DNA of 64,000 bases from Phormidesmis sp. GTDB taxonomy: Bacteria > Cyanobacteriota > Cyanobacteriia > Leptolyngbyales > Leptolyngbyaceae. The DNA lies in assembly GCA_965248535.1 (NCBI GenBank), contig CBDFJR010000002.1, positions 1,280,001 to 1,344,000 on the forward strand, written 5' to 3'. Numbering within the stretch: the stretch's first letter is position 1; the number at the start of each line of letters is the position of its first letter. A program made the translations under genes and the position numbers. The notes beneath the pieces are model-generated. The model searched no databases. It was given only the letters and a program-made list of their open reading frames with translations, and was not told where the DNA came from. Positions 41,238-52,125 of this stretch are shown piece by piece.

Positions 41238-41657
41238 TTACCAGCCTCTTAGCACAGGTTCTCTGAGCAGTTCGCGCTGACCCTTGGTAACCGTGAGCAC
41301 GTTTCCTTTAGGCGTTTTCGCTAAAACATATTCAACATCTTTGTTGACGGCGTGAAAGTAAGTCCCTTTCGGATCAAAATCTTTGAGGGGCACCCGAATG
41401 TTTTGACGGCGATCCTTCTTATTGACCCCGACATAAGTGTTGGGATTATCTCCGCCGCAAATGCTGATCCAGTAGCTCTTGGTTTCCATCGTCAAAAAGG
41501 TGCTATCCCCACGACGACAGTAGTTAGGAATCTTTTGGGCAGCGGTTGGCGAGGTCTCTGCCAACACCGGGGATGCAGCTAGGCACAAGGCTCCTAGCGC
41601 GATCGAGACGCGGTTTAAAGCGGACAGATGCAGGGATCGAGATTGAATTGAGGTCAT
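41238..41657 (-). CDS. Hypothetical secreted protein
   Basis: Signal peptide ..VLA/E; ETKSYWISIC motif. Confidence 0.65.
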   Translation of the reverse strand: MTSIQSRSLHLSALNRVSIALGALCLAASPVLAETSPTAAQKIPNYCRRGDSTFLTMETKSYWISICGGDNPNTYVGVNKKDRRQNIRVPLKDFDPKGTYFHAVNKDVEYVLAKTPKGNVLTVTKGQRELLREPVLRGW

Positions 41658-41807
41658 TGTTAGAACTCTGTGTAAAAAAGTACTTCCAAGAAATCCATTA
41701 AACCGCAAAACTACGAATCAGAATCAAGAATTTATGATGAAGAGAGTGCTTACACTGAAGGTACGATCGGCGAAAGTTCTTTTTTCTCTTTTTCTGAGAT
41801 TATTGGC

Positions 41808-43211
41808 ATGGATTTAGTTGACTTAGCCTTTACGTCCGCTTTAGATCAGGCTCGACTGATTCGCAATCAAGATATTTCTCCCCTCGAATTGACCCAACTC
41901 TATTTAGAACGCATTCAGCAGCTAGACCCGCAGCTAGGCAGTTTTTTCACCGTGACTGCTGATCGAGCGATCGCCGATGCCAAAGCCAAAACTGAGCGGC
42001 TAACGGGCGATCGCTCGGAGTTGCCGCCGTTTTTTGGGGTGCCGATCGCGATTAAAGATCTCAATCCCGTAGCTGACCTGCCGTTTTCGGGTGGGGTGAA
42101 AATTGCCCTGCAAAGAAATATTGCCAAACAGGATGATTTGGTCGTAACCAAAATCAAGCAAGCAGGTTTTGTGATTCTGGGCAAGACAGCCACCTCTCAG
42201 CTTGGCTCCTTTCCTTACACAGAGCCGCCTGGCTTTCCACCAGCCCGCAACCCCTGGAATTTAGACTACACGCCCGGTGGCTCTAGCGGGGGGTCGGCCG
42301 CGGCCGTCGCCGCAGGCTTGTGCGCGATCGCTCAGGGTTCTGATGGGGGTGGGTCGGTGCGTGGCCCGGCTGCCTGCTGTGGTCTGGTGGGGCTAAAGCC
42401 GTCTCGCGGCCGCATTTCTAATGCCCCAGTGGGCGACTATTTGGGCGGCTGCTCGGTGAATGGAGTGCTCACCCACACGGTTGCCGATGCGGCGGCGTTT
42501 TTAGATGTGACCGCAGGCTATGTGACCGGAGATCCCTATTGGCTAGCTGACCCTGACCCCTCTTTTTTAGCTGCGACCCACCGAGATCCCGGCAAGCTGA
42601 GAATTGGCTGCATCACGTCAATTTTGCCGATCGGGGACGCTGATCCGGTTTATCAAAAGGTGACGCTTGAAATGTCCCACTTGCTCGAAGGACTAGGCCA
42701 CACGATCGAGCCAATTACCCCAGACTTTAGTGACTTAATCACGCCCTTTGTGGCGGTTTGGCGGGCCCAAACAGATGTCGGCATTCCGCCATTTTTTTTA
42801 GAGCGGGTCAATCGCTGGCTGTGGCTAAGAGCGAGGTTTACTAGGGCAAGTCAGCATATACGATCGCTGCATCAACTTCAGCGCTTTGCCCGCCAAGTGG
42901 TCGAGATGACCAACCCCTTTGATGTGCTGCTGACTCCCACTTATTTTCATCCCACAATTCGAGTCGGTGAATGGGCTAGGCTGAGTTCGGCTCAGACGAT
43001 CGAGAAGATTATTCAGTGGATCGCCCCTTGCCCGGCCTTTAACGTTAGCGGACAGCCCGCCATCTCGCTACCCGCCGGATTTGATGCCAACGGGGTGCCT
43101 TTGGGCATTCAGCTAGTGGGTCGCCCTGCCGATGAAGTGACGATCTTAGCCTTGGCAGCCCAGATTGAGTCCGTTCAGCCGTGGATTGGAAACCGCCCCA
43201 AGGTGAACTAA
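41808..43211 (+). CDS. Amidase-signature family enzyme
   Basis: GVPIAIKD, PGGSSGGSAAAVAAG and GSDGGGSVRGPA motifs. Confidence 0.93.
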   Translation: MDLVDLAFTSALDQARLIRNQDISPLELTQLYLERIQQLDPQLGSFFTVTADRAIADAKAKTERLTGDRSELPPFFGVPIAIKDLNPVADLPFSGGVKIALQRNIAKQDDLVVTKIKQAGFVILGKTATSQLGSFPYTEPPGFPPARNPWNLDYTPGGSSGGSAAAVAAGLCAIAQGSDGGGSVRGPAACCGLVGLKPSRGRISNAPVGDYLGGCSVNGVLTHTVADAAAFLDVTAGYVTGDPYWLADPDPSFLAATHRDPGKLRIGCITSILPIGDADPVYQKVTLEMSHLLEGLGHTIEPITPDFSDLITPFVAVWRAQTDVGIPPFFLERVNRWLWLRARFTRASQHIRSLHQLQRFARQVVEMTNPFDVLLTPTYFHPTIRVGEWARLSSAQTIEKIIQWIAPCPAFNVSGQPAISLPAGFDANGVPLGIQLVGRPADEVTILALAAQIESVQPWIGNRPKVN

Positions 43212-44119
43212 TCTTGCGGCTCTTTGCGAATTGAGCAACGATCGAACCAGCCTTGATATAAATCGAAATGACTGGGGTCTTCTACCTCAATTTCAATGCG
43301 GATCTTTTTGCAGCTATGGTGAGCTTGATGGGCGATCGAGTCAAGCAACCAGGCACCCGTCTGAGGCGAATCGAATTCTCCGCTAACCCTTAAAGAATTG
43401 TCGCCCGTTGTTAACTCATGGGATTGATAATTCTTCAGTTCTAACCCATCGATTTCGCCGTTGCCCAAATCGATTTCTGCTAACTGTTTATAGGTAGGAC
43501 TGATCTGTTCGACAATTAGCTTTTCGCGCCGAACTGGAACCTGAATGATGCGAGTTTCAATCTCTTTGCGAACGATCACTTCGCCAATTTTTTGCTTGCT
43601 GTAATCAACCGCTATTCGCTCTTCTAAAAGTCGAATGGTCTCTTCTTGCACCACTTCCCCTGAAACGGATTTGGGTAAGTTTGTGTAGTCAGTTAATGCT
43701 TTTGGGCTGACGGCGGTCGGCTGATCGTTTAACCCTTCTAGAGAGGTCAGATCGATCGCGTTAGAAACTGGCTCATTGGAAGGTTGCATAAGCGGCTGAT
43801 AGTCAGGGAACAGTCTGATATTGGATTGAGTAAGCGTAATTGAGAGTGTGTGGGCCCGCGATCGCACCCAACTCACCACTCGACTAGGAATTAAGAACAA
43901 ACGCTGCCCCTGATCAACATCTGGCTGAGAAATGAGCAGATGCAATCGCCGCTGATCGTCGAGAATTAAATCACTGACTTCCCCGACAAATCGCCCCTCT
44001 GCGTCGATCACCGCAAAGCTTTTTAGTTTCATTTTTAGTTGGTCTAGCCTTAGCGCTAGCCGCCGAGCCACGATCGCGCTGGTTGGCTGCGCTTCAGCAG
44101 AAGAAAGTTCACGATTCAT
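43208..44119 (-). CDS. PRC-barrel plus DUF2382 (YsnF/AvaK) protein
   Basis: GEVSDLILD; IRLLEER..GEVIVRKEIET..VPVRREKL. Confidence 0.8.
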   Translation of the reverse strand: MNRELSSAEAQPTSAIVARRLALRLDQLKMKLKSFAVIDAEGRFVGEVSDLILDDQRRLHLLISQPDVDQGQRLFLIPSRVVSWVRSRAHTLSITLTQSNIRLFPDYQPLMQPSNEPVSNAIDLTSLEGLNDQPTAVSPKALTDYTNLPKSVSGEVVQEETIRLLEERIAVDYSKQKIGEVIVRKEIETRIIQVPVRREKLIVEQISPTYKQLAEIDLGNGEIDGLELKNYQSHELTTGDNSLRVSGEFDSPQTGAWLLDSIAHQAHHSCKKIRIEIEVEDPSHFDLYQGWFDRCSIRKEPQD

Positions 44120-44248
44120 AGGGATATATCAATAGGGCTGATTTTGCGTAGAGGCGTGGGCAGAGCCACAAATAGCCCTGCCCCTTTAAGCGCTAAACGT
44201 TCATCCCTTAGGGACTGCTACGTTTGACGACTGTCTTAGATACGAGTC

Positions 44249-45220
44249 TTAGATGCGAGACGGAGCATCGCCTTCAACAACCGGGCGGCCCTGGGTGTCG
44301 ATGTCGAGTTCTTCACGACGAATTTGCTCTTCAGCGTTTACGACATCTTGGTCAACGACTTTTGTCACGCGCACTTCTTCACGCACAAAGGCTTCTTTGT
44401 GGATATCAGGCGTTTCTTCATAAACTTCCATGCGAGCCACTTCGCCTTCCTGAAACGCTGTGCTGCCTGGAGTGACAGCCGTGGTAGCGGTTGGGGTGCT
44501 GCGCTCAATCACGACCCGCTCTTTTTCGACGGGCACCGACACTCTAGCGGTTTCAGTTTCGATGTGCTTGCCGATCGTCACTTCGCCCGTTTTTTGGCGG
44601 CTCTTGTTAGCCACGAGACGCTCTTGATAGAGTTTGAGGCTAGGATTTTTGCTCTCGTCGATGTCATAAAGGTCTGCATCCATCCCATAGTGGTAGGTGT
44701 CACGATCGTAGCTGTGGCGATCATAGTCAGGCACAACTGCACCCATCGAAGACCCTGTGTAAGCCATGCCATCAACCGGGGAAATGGAACCCAGTCCAGC
44801 CGAGGTTTCTAGGGGCGCAGCATCTAGAACGCCAGCCCCCATGGATGCACCCATTGCAGCGCTTGCGGCAGAGGGACGATAGACGTTACGCACTTGCTCT
44901 TCGTGCTCATAGTCGAGGTTGAGGTCGTCTGTGAGTTCTGGTAGGGCCTCAACTTGCTGCCGGGTCAGACCGTCTGCGTAGACGCGACGATCGTTGTAGT
45001 CAATGCGAGCACGCCCGATCGGAAGCATCACTTTTTTGCCAAAAATCCAGGCACCTGTGCTGATGACTAAGTAGCGAAACTTCCCGTCTTCGTCCACTAA
45101 AACGTCATTGACTGACCCAATTCTTTCATCTCCAGAATAGAGGTCTAAATCTTTAACATCTTGGCCATCAAAATGATCGCGATAGTCTGGGTCAAAGTCT
45201 TTGATTTTATGAAGTGCCAT
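44249..45220 (-). CDS. PRC-barrel plus DUF2382 (YsnF/AvaK) protein
   Basis: IGSVNDVLVD..FRYLV; LYQERL..GEVTIGKH..VREEV. Confidence 0.88.
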   Translation of the reverse strand: MALHKIKDFDPDYRDHFDGQDVKDLDLYSGDERIGSVNDVLVDEDGKFRYLVISTGAWIFGKKVMLPIGRARIDYNDRRVYADGLTRQQVEALPELTDDLNLDYEHEEQVRNVYRPSAASAAMGASMGAGVLDAAPLETSAGLGSISPVDGMAYTGSSMGAVVPDYDRHSYDRDTYHYGMDADLYDIDESKNPSLKLYQERLVANKSRQKTGEVTIGKHIETETARVSVPVEKERVVIERSTPTATTAVTPGSTAFQEGEVARMEVYEETPDIHKEAFVREEVRVTKVVDQDVVNAEEQIRREELDIDTQGRPVVEGDAPSRI

Positions 45221-45457
45221 GTTAATTTCCTCAAGCTATATATTCTCTCGCTTTGGTATCAACAATAGAGACTTCTCTCTCTAGTTCCATCTTTCCAACG
45301 ACTTAACCAGCTTCTTTCTAATGGCTGAGTTCTGGTTGCTGTAAGGGCAAACTAACTATTTGTTCAATAATGGATTAAAAGGCGATTAACTTTGGTTTAG
45401 GGGGTCGGGCAGTGGGCGAAAATGAGCATTCTGCTGGTTTATAGCCCTTGTAATGAA

Positions 45458-46117
45458 ATGAAGACTCAATCTTGGTTGACGATCGTGGCCCAACAGCGAG
45501 CGATCGCCGTGATTCGGGCCCCTGAGTTTGAACTCGGCAGGCAGATGGCTAGAGCCGTTGCAGCAGGCGGCATGAAGATCCTCGAAATCACCTGGGACAG
45601 CGATCGTCCGGCCCGGTTAATTCACCAACTTCAGTCAGAGTTGCCAGACTGCACGATCGGCACCGGAACCGTGTTGACGCTTTCACAACTGCAAGCGGCG
45701 ATCGCCGCAGAGGTAGCGTTTGTGTTTACCCCCCATGTTGATGTCAATCTGATTCGTCTGGCGGTCGATCGGGCAGTTCCGATCATTCCGGGGGCATTAA
45801 CGCCGACTGAAATTGTCACAGCGTGGCAAGCAGGAGCCAGCAGCGTCAAGGTTTTCCCGGTTCAGGCGTTGGGCGGCGCTAGCTATATTCGCAGTTTGCA
45901 GGCCCCGATCGGGCAGATTCCTTTAATCCCCACGGGGGGCGTGACTCTTGAGAATGCTGCCGCGTTGATCGAGGCCGGAGCGATCGCGATCGGGCTTGCC
46001 GGAAGCTTGTTTCCTCAAGACGCGCTGCACGCTCAAAACTGGGCCGCCATCACTCAGCAAGCTAAAACTCTGATGGCCCGATTAAACGTCTCGCCAGATT
46101 CACGGAATCTGATTTGA
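45458..46117 (+). CDS. eda: KHG/KDPG aldolase
   Basis: EIT, GTGTV, PGALTPTE, VKVFP and PTGGV motifs. Confidence 0.92.
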   Translation: MKTQSWLTIVAQQRAIAVIRAPEFELGRQMARAVAAGGMKILEITWDSDRPARLIHQLQSELPDCTIGTGTVLTLSQLQAAIAAEVAFVFTPHVDVNLIRLAVDRAVPIIPGALTPTEIVTAWQAGASSVKVFPVQALGGASYIRSLQAPIGQIPLIPTGGVTLENAAALIEAGAIAIGLAGSLFPQDALHAQNWAAITQQAKTLMARLNVSPDSRNLI

Positions 46118-46304
46118 GAGCGGTGTAGCTTATTTCATCTGCCTCGATCGACGCGACAAATGTGCATGAGGGCAAGACGACAGGGAAGATCTGCCCTCTT
46201 TTTATCTCTATCAAAAGGCTTGCCCTGCCTGAGATTTAGCCTTAGGGCAGGGTTGCATTTACGACTATTCAAATAGTATTAAATTAAGAGGATGGGAGGG
46301 ACTG

Positions 46305-46838
46305 ATGATCAAGTACCTCGTTGAGAGTCGTTGGTTACACAACGCTAGACTTGTAACTTTTGCAACACTAGCGATCGCTTCTTTGAGTGTTTTTGCAGCG
46401 CCTGCTTTATCGCAGATTCCACCGACTGCGATCGCACGATCGGCCAATCCGCTTAAAGGAGCGATGACGCAGTTGAAAAAATCTAATCAACGCTGGATAG
46501 AAATTGATTTAACCCGACAGCGATTAACTGCCTGGCAAGGAAACGATCCGTCTTATGCCGTGATTGTTTCAACAGGCAAAGACTCTACGCCAACGCTCAC
46601 AGGAATCTTTAAGATTCAGTCAAAGCTTCAAGTAGCGCGGATGAGGGGCGACGGATACGACATTTCAGATGTGCCGTTTACGATGTATTATTCGGGCGGC
46701 TATGCGATTCATGGCGCTTATTGGCACCGCAGTTTTGGCACCCCGGTGAGTCATGGCTGTGTCAATGTGGCAGTTGATCATGCAGAACGGCTGTTTGATT
46801 GGGCGGCGGTGGGCACCCCGATCGTGGTGCATGATTAG
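46305..46838 (+). CDS. L,D-transpeptidase (YkuD family)
   Basis: VSTGK, AIHG and SHGCV motifs. Confidence 0.92.
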   Translation: MIKYLVESRWLHNARLVTFATLAIASLSVFAAPALSQIPPTAIARSANPLKGAMTQLKKSNQRWIEIDLTRQRLTAWQGNDPSYAVIVSTGKDSTPTLTGIFKIQSKLQVARMRGDGYDISDVPFTMYYSGGYAIHGAYWHRSFGTPVSHGCVNVAVDHAERLFDWAAVGTPIVVHD

Positions 46839-46875
46839 AGGAAATGAATAACTATTGGTTGGGTGCATGGGCCTT

Positions 46876-46900
46876 GGGCGCGGCAATGCCGTGCCCTTAC
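46876..46900 (-). repeat. REP-like palindrome
   Basis: Minus strand GTAAGGGCACGGCATTGCCGCGCCC. Confidence 0.8.
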
Positions 46901-46955
46901 GATGCTGTGGCCTGAGTCTAGGCGATTTTAGGGTTTGGGAAGATTAGAGCGATCG

Positions 46956-49262
46956 CTACATATATCCGCGCACGCGCTCGACCCGTTTGGGGGCCTCCAT
47001 CTCGGTAAACAATCGGATCGCTCGATAGAAATGGATGCGGCTTTCTTCGGCTTGGTGCATCGTTTTGTGGGTGATGGCAAGCTGCAAGTGAGCTTCAGCG
47101 AGGTCACATTTGGCCCCAATTTTACCTAAGAGCTTGATCGCTTGCTGGTGATGCGCGATCGCAGGTTCAAACGCTTGTTGTTCACGATAGAGTTGAGCAA
47201 TGCCGTGAAGAGAGTTGGCTTTAATTTGGGTGAAGTGTTTTGCTTCAGAATACAGCGTGGTTTTTTGATAGAGGGTGAGCGATCGGGCAATCTCTCCCAC
47301 ATTTCGATAGGTTGCGGCTAAATAGAGCAAGCTATAACCCGCTCCCCAGGCCGAGAGTTGACCGAGCAGCGCTTCAGTATCGACCTGATTGGCAAACTCT
47401 AACGCCATTGACTCTTGCCCAGTGCTGGAATATAAATAAGCCAAACAGCATTGAGAATAGACTAAATAATTTGAATGCACAGTGTCTTGTTGGCTCATTT
47501 CATAAACCTGATTGAAATATGCGATCGCCTCTTCAACTTCCCAGAGATCTTTTTTGCAAAGCCCTAAGTTTAACAGGGTCGAAGCTTTGAACTGGTCTTG
47601 ATTAAAGGTTTCTGAAATTTCTCCGGCTTTTTGATGACACTCGATCGCTTGTTGAAAGTTTCCGGCTAGCCGATAGATATAGCCGAGTAAGTTATAGAGC
47701 ATTCCCGATCGATGATCAGAGGTAACATTATCGATAATGCGGTTAATGGCAGACACCATTTGTTCCATTAATCCCAATCGATAAAACAGCCACCCTAAGG
47801 GAATCTCTTCACCCCACTGGCTGTCTTTAAACTCAACAATCACATTACAAGCTCGCTCAAAATTGCCAATTTCTAAATAGTGATGATAGGCTTCTAGCGC
47901 TCTTAAAGCATCTCCTACGGTGTTAACAATTTGAACACTTTGCATCCAAAACTCGGCAGCATTTTGATGGGTAATCGTCCATTCATCACTCGATTTAAGC
48001 TTGGCGATCGCCATCGCTCTAATCACGGGGTGCAGCCAATATTTTTGTTCACGTCGCCCTTCTAGCAGCGATCGTTTTTGCAGCGATCGAATCACCCGTC
48101 TATGTCGTTCTAAAGGCACATCCCACAGCAAACACAAAACACCTTCTGTAGAGATATAAGAAATGTCTTGATAGCGATAACACCCCAATCGACACAGCAA
48201 CTGATAGGCATCGATATCGACCGTTTGCAATCGCGTAAATTGACTAGCTACTAAATGATTTAGCTCTTGTTCAATCAGCAGGTCATCTTTGTTTTCTTGC
48301 CAATAAGACTCGATATCTCCATCAGAGTCGGTCAAAATCGCGCCACTGAGAATCTTCATTGCCTTGGCATTGCCGCCATAAGAGCGCCACATCTCAGACA
48401 AAGCCCCAGACTCAGTGCGAATCTGACGACTGCTAAAAAACTGCCTCCAATTCTCTTCGCTTAGGCTGTCGGGGCAATAGAGTTGCACGTTGACGTTTGG
48501 CTCATACAACCGCTCTCGACTGGTGATTAGGGTCACCGATCGCACCGAAGAATCAGCCAACACTCGCAGCAAATCAACATAGAGACGACGAGTGTCTATA
48601 AATCGACCTTCCCCGTTTAGGGCCGATTCTAAGTTGTCGATCAGCACCCCAATGCGGCGATCGGGGTCTCGCAATCTGCGCCGCAGTCGCTCTAGGTTAA
48701 TGCCAAAGTCTCGTTCGGTTTCTTCGTTAAAATTTTTGCGAAGCCATTCTTCGACAACGCTTTCGGCCGGGGTGATGCTCTCTTGCTCGGTGGGCATCCA
48801 CAGTTCTAATTGCAGGTCAAACCCTTGAGTGTCAAGATATTTTCGGGCTAGGGTCGTTTTTCCGAGGCCGCCTTCGCCTTGAATGACAATGATTTTTGCG
48901 CCCTGATTAACAAACTGATTGAGATCGGCGATCGCCTGTTCTCGACCCATAAAATCAGCACTGGCCGCGATCGCCAAGGGCGCAGACGCGGGGGTGCAAT
49001 CGGCTCGATATCGCCGAATCAGAGGGGCCTTAAAGTTTGATTTGCTGACACTTTCGCCGAGGGCCTGCGAGAGTTTGTTGAACAAACATGAACCGACATA
49101 GCGAACATAGCTTTCGTCATAGCCTAGATCTTGTGCAATCAGCTCATATTTTTTCCCGTCCCAAACTCGTCTAAAAATTTCTTGTGTTAGGTCGTCAAAA
49201 TGCTCTCCGATCGTGCTAAATACTAATGCGTCTGCAAACTCTAATACTTCGTCAACACCCAT
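46956..49262 (-). CDS. STAND (NB-ARC-like) NTPase with N-terminal HTH-like domain and C-terminal TPRs
   Basis: FMGRE, GEGGLGKT, LIDNLE, LITSRE and LHP motifs; TPR helices. Confidence 0.88.
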   Translation of the reverse strand: MGVDEVLEFADALVFSTIGEHFDDLTQEIFRRVWDGKKYELIAQDLGYDESYVRYVGSCLFNKLSQALGESVSKSNFKAPLIRRYRADCTPASAPLAIAASADFMGREQAIADLNQFVNQGAKIIVIQGEGGLGKTTLARKYLDTQGFDLQLELWMPTEQESITPAESVVEEWLRKNFNEETERDFGINLERLRRRLRDPDRRIGVLIDNLESALNGEGRFIDTRRLYVDLLRVLADSSVRSVTLITSRERLYEPNVNVQLYCPDSLSEENWRQFFSSRQIRTESGALSEMWRSYGGNAKAMKILSGAILTDSDGDIESYWQENKDDLLIEQELNHLVASQFTRLQTVDIDAYQLLCRLGCYRYQDISYISTEGVLCLLWDVPLERHRRVIRSLQKRSLLEGRREQKYWLHPVIRAMAIAKLKSSDEWTITHQNAAEFWMQSVQIVNTVGDALRALEAYHHYLEIGNFERACNVIVEFKDSQWGEEIPLGWLFYRLGLMEQMVSAINRIIDNVTSDHRSGMLYNLLGYIYRLAGNFQQAIECHQKAGEISETFNQDQFKASTLLNLGLCKKDLWEVEEAIAYFNQVYEMSQQDTVHSNYLVYSQCCLAYLYSSTGQESMALEFANQVDTEALLGQLSAWGAGYSLLYLAATYRNVGEIARSLTLYQKTTLYSEAKHFTQIKANSLHGIAQLYREQQAFEPAIAHHQQAIKLLGKIGAKCDLAEAHLQLAITHKTMHQAEESRIHFYRAIRLFTEMEAPKRVERVRGYM

Positions 49263-49581
49263 TTGCCAGCCAGCTATATTTTTTTTCTTTATTGTAATGA
49301 CAAGCGACAAGCAAGCAGACAGTCCTCAGGGGCAATGGCTCGATTCGCTGCGCGATCGCCCTCTGACTGAATAGAAAAATCGAACCTATCCAACGTTTTC
49401 CAACAAAGCGATCGCTTCTAACGTTTTCCAACACGAGCAGGGTTTGAGCATCATACAGAATCAAGCGGCACAAATTTTAGACTTGCGAGATGATGTCTGT
49501 GTGAGGTGCCCCAAACGCCTCAGCCCAGCCAAAGTGAGGAAGATTCTGTCACGCTTCAAACCTTTAGCAGGAGTTGCACCC

Positions 49582-50019
49582 ATGCGCCATCTAAACCCTC
49601 AAAAAACCTCTTCATCTTCTACTCAAGCTGATACTTCAACTCCGTGGATTTCGTCAGAAATGGCAAAGGCGATCGCTCTTCTAACCGCGCAAAATAACCT
49701 GCTTCAAGCTCAGTTACAGACCGTGCAAAATCGGTTGGATGTGATAGAAGAGATGGCTGCCCCCATCAATCGTCGCTATCGGGCCCCTGACCCTGAGAAC
49801 ACAATTTATAGCCCGATCGTCAAACTTTCTTTCAAGGCGATGAAGCTGTTGTTTCTGTTTATGGCGGGGTTTGCGTTAGCCTACGTTTTGGCTGGAGGAT
49901 TGGGAGCCTCAAATGTCATGGAGGTTTTGCAAATTCTCATGTCGGTTTGGCTATTGCCCCTGATGGCGCTGACTTTTTGCATTATCGCTCTGGCCACGAT
50001 CGTAGAATCGTTCAAGTAG
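49582..50019 (+). CDS. Hypothetical membrane protein (coiled coil plus two TM segments)
   Basis: AGGAG RBS before ATG 49582. Confidence 0.6.
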   Translation: MRHLNPQKTSSSSTQADTSTPWISSEMAKAIALLTAQNNLLQAQLQTVQNRLDVIEEMAAPINRRYRAPDPENTIYSPIVKLSFKAMKLLFLFMAGFALAYVLAGGLGASNVMEVLQILMSVWLLPLMALTFCIIALATIVESFK

Positions 50020-50077
50020 CCTATAGAAAAAACGGTGCGAGGATTTGAAGAAGTGGAGATTCTAAGCGTCAAGGTAA

Positions 50078-50683
50078 ATGCAATCAACCCCTAAAATTTC
50101 TAACAGATCTCTAAGCGCGATCGTCCTCGCGGGTGGACAAAGCTCTCGCATGGGTCGCGACAAAGCGCTGATCGAGATTTCAGGGGTTCCTCTGCTGAGA
50201 CGAGTCTGTGAGGCGGCTCTGGGCTGCACCGATCAGGTTTATGTGGTGACAGCCTGGGGCGATCGCTATCGCGCCATTGTGCCGCCCAGTTGTCATCTGA
50301 TCGCCGATCTTCAGCAAGGGCCGTTGGTAGGCTTTGCTCAAGGATTGATCCCCATTCAAACCGATTGGGTGCTGCTGCTAGCGTGTGATCTGCCGCGACT
50401 GCGAGGTGAAGATCTGCAATCCTGGACAGCCAAATTAGAGCCAATTTCACCGGACGCGATCGCGCTATTGCCCCGCAGTCAAAAAGGCTGGGAACCGCTC
50501 TGTGGATTTTATCGCCGCACCTGCTTACCGGATTTAGAGGCGTTTATTGACCAAGGCGGACGATCGTTTCAAGCCTGGTTAGCCAACCAATCGGTTCAAG
50601 AATTGCTGTTAGAAAACCGAGAAATTTTATTTAACTGCAACACGCCTCAAGATTTAGAAGATTTTAGTCATGGCACTCGCTAA
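50078..50683 (+). CDS. mobA: Molybdenum cofactor guanylyltransferase
   Basis: LAGGQSSRMGRDKA, GPL, ACDLP and NCNTP motifs. Confidence 0.93.
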   Translation: MQSTPKISNRSLSAIVLAGGQSSRMGRDKALIEISGVPLLRRVCEAALGCTDQVYVVTAWGDRYRAIVPPSCHLIADLQQGPLVGFAQGLIPIQTDWVLLLACDLPRLRGEDLQSWTAKLEPISPDAIALLPRSQKGWEPLCGFYRRTCLPDLEAFIDQGGRSFQAWLANQSVQELLLENREILFNCNTPQDLEDFSHGTR

Positions 50684-50713
50684 ACTCAAAGGCGGCGAGT
50701 TTGTGAGATAGTT

Positions 50714-51454
50714 GTGACTCAATTTCTATTAGTGACAGATTTAGATAACACCTTGGTCGGCAACGATCGGGCCCTTGACCAACTCAATCAACGCTTAACG
50801 CAATGTCGTCAAGTCAGTGGACTCAAACTGGTTTATTCGACGGGGCGATCGCTCACGTCTTATCAGCAGCTATTAACCAAAGTCACGTTGCTAGAACCAG
50901 ATGTGCTCATCACCGCCGTTGGCACTGAGATTTATTATCCTGGCAACATCTTGGATCAAACCTGGGCAGACCAATCATCGGTCGGCTGGAATCGAGATAC
51001 AGTGGTTGCGATCACCCAACAATTTCCTCAGCTTGTGCCGCAGCCAGATTCTGAGCAGCGGGCGCTCAAAGTCAGCTTTTTGCTGGATGCAAAAGACGCA
51101 CATATTTTGCCAGACCTCGAAGCCAAAATGCACCATCAGGGCGTTGACGCTCAACTGATCTACAGCAGCCACAAAGATCTCGATATTTTGTCTAGCCGAG
51201 CCAATAAAGGCAACGCCCTAAACTACATTCGGCAAGTGTTGGAGTTTGACCCCGATCGCACGATCGCCTGTGGCGATTCGGGCAACGATATTGCGCTATT
51301 TGAGCAAAAAACCCTGGGGGTGATTATGGGCAATGCCCAACCAGAACTATTGCAGTGGCATTACCAAAACCCAAGTGACGATCGCTATCTCGCTCAGGGG
51401 TTTTGTGCCGCCGGAATCTTAGAGGGCTTACAATACTTCGGCTTCTTAGAATAG
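50714..51454 (+). CDS. spp: Sucrose-phosphate phosphatase (HAD IIB)
   Basis: [18 protein letters not shown] and CGDSGND motifs. Confidence 0.88.
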   Translation: MTQFLLVTDLDNTLVGNDRALDQLNQRLTQCRQVSGLKLVYSTGRSLTSYQQLLTKVTLLEPDVLITAVGTEIYYPGNILDQTWADQSSVGWNRDTVVAITQQFPQLVPQPDSEQRALKVSFLLDAKDAHILPDLEAKMHHQGVDAQLIYSSHKDLDILSSRANKGNALNYIRQVLEFDPDRTIACGDSGNDIALFEQKTLGVIMGNAQPELLQWHYQNPSDDRYLAQGFCAAGILEGLQYFGFLE

Positions 51455-51488
51455 AAGCAAGACAGTTTGCCCTCTCAACTTCATCTTC

Positions 51489-52115
51489 ATGATTGGCTAT
51501 CTCAAAGGAACGATCGCAGGCATTCAAAAAAACAGCAGCAATCGCGTCACCCTCACCCTAGAGGTGAATCAAATCGGCTATGACCTGCAAATCGTGCCGC
51601 GATTGCTGCAACAACTCCCCCAAGTCGGCGAAGATGCTCAAATCTTTACTCATCTCAACGTGCGAGAAGATCAGGTGACGCTGTTTGGGTTTAGCTCATC
51701 GGCCGAGCGCGATCTGTTTCGGCAACTCGTGAGCGTAAGCGGCATCGGCCCGCAACTGGCGCTAGCCTTGCTCGACACCCTCGGACTGCAAGATCTTGTT
51801 CAAGCGATCGTGGCGGGCAACACCCGTTTACTTTCTCGCACTCCCGGCGTAGGCAGCAAAACCGCCGAGCGCATCGCCCTAGAGCTAAAAACTAAACTGG
51901 CTGAATGGCGACAGCAGGCAGGCATCGCCATCGCCCCCGGAGCCGGGCCCGCCACCAATATTCTTGAAGATGTCGAAATGACCCTACTAGCTTTAGGCTA
52001 CACCGATCAGGAAATCACTCAGGCATTGCAGGCGGTTGGACAAAGCTCGACGCTCTCAAAAACAGACGACACCGAAGCCTGGATTCGGCAATCGATCGCG
52101 TGGCTCAGTCAATAA
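51489..52115 (+). CDS. ruvA: Holliday junction branch migration protein RuvA
   Basis: VRED..LFGF, VSGIGP, PGVG.KTAERI and LGY motifs. Confidence 0.96.
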   Translation: MIGYLKGTIAGIQKNSSNRVTLTLEVNQIGYDLQIVPRLLQQLPQVGEDAQIFTHLNVREDQVTLFGFSSSAERDLFRQLVSVSGIGPQLALALLDTLGLQDLVQAIVAGNTRLLSRTPGVGSKTAERIALELKTKLAEWRQQAGIAIAPGAGPATNILEDVEMTLLALGYTDQEITQALQAVGQSSTLSKTDDTEAWIRQSIAWLSQ

Positions 52116-52125
52116 CCCACGCCCG

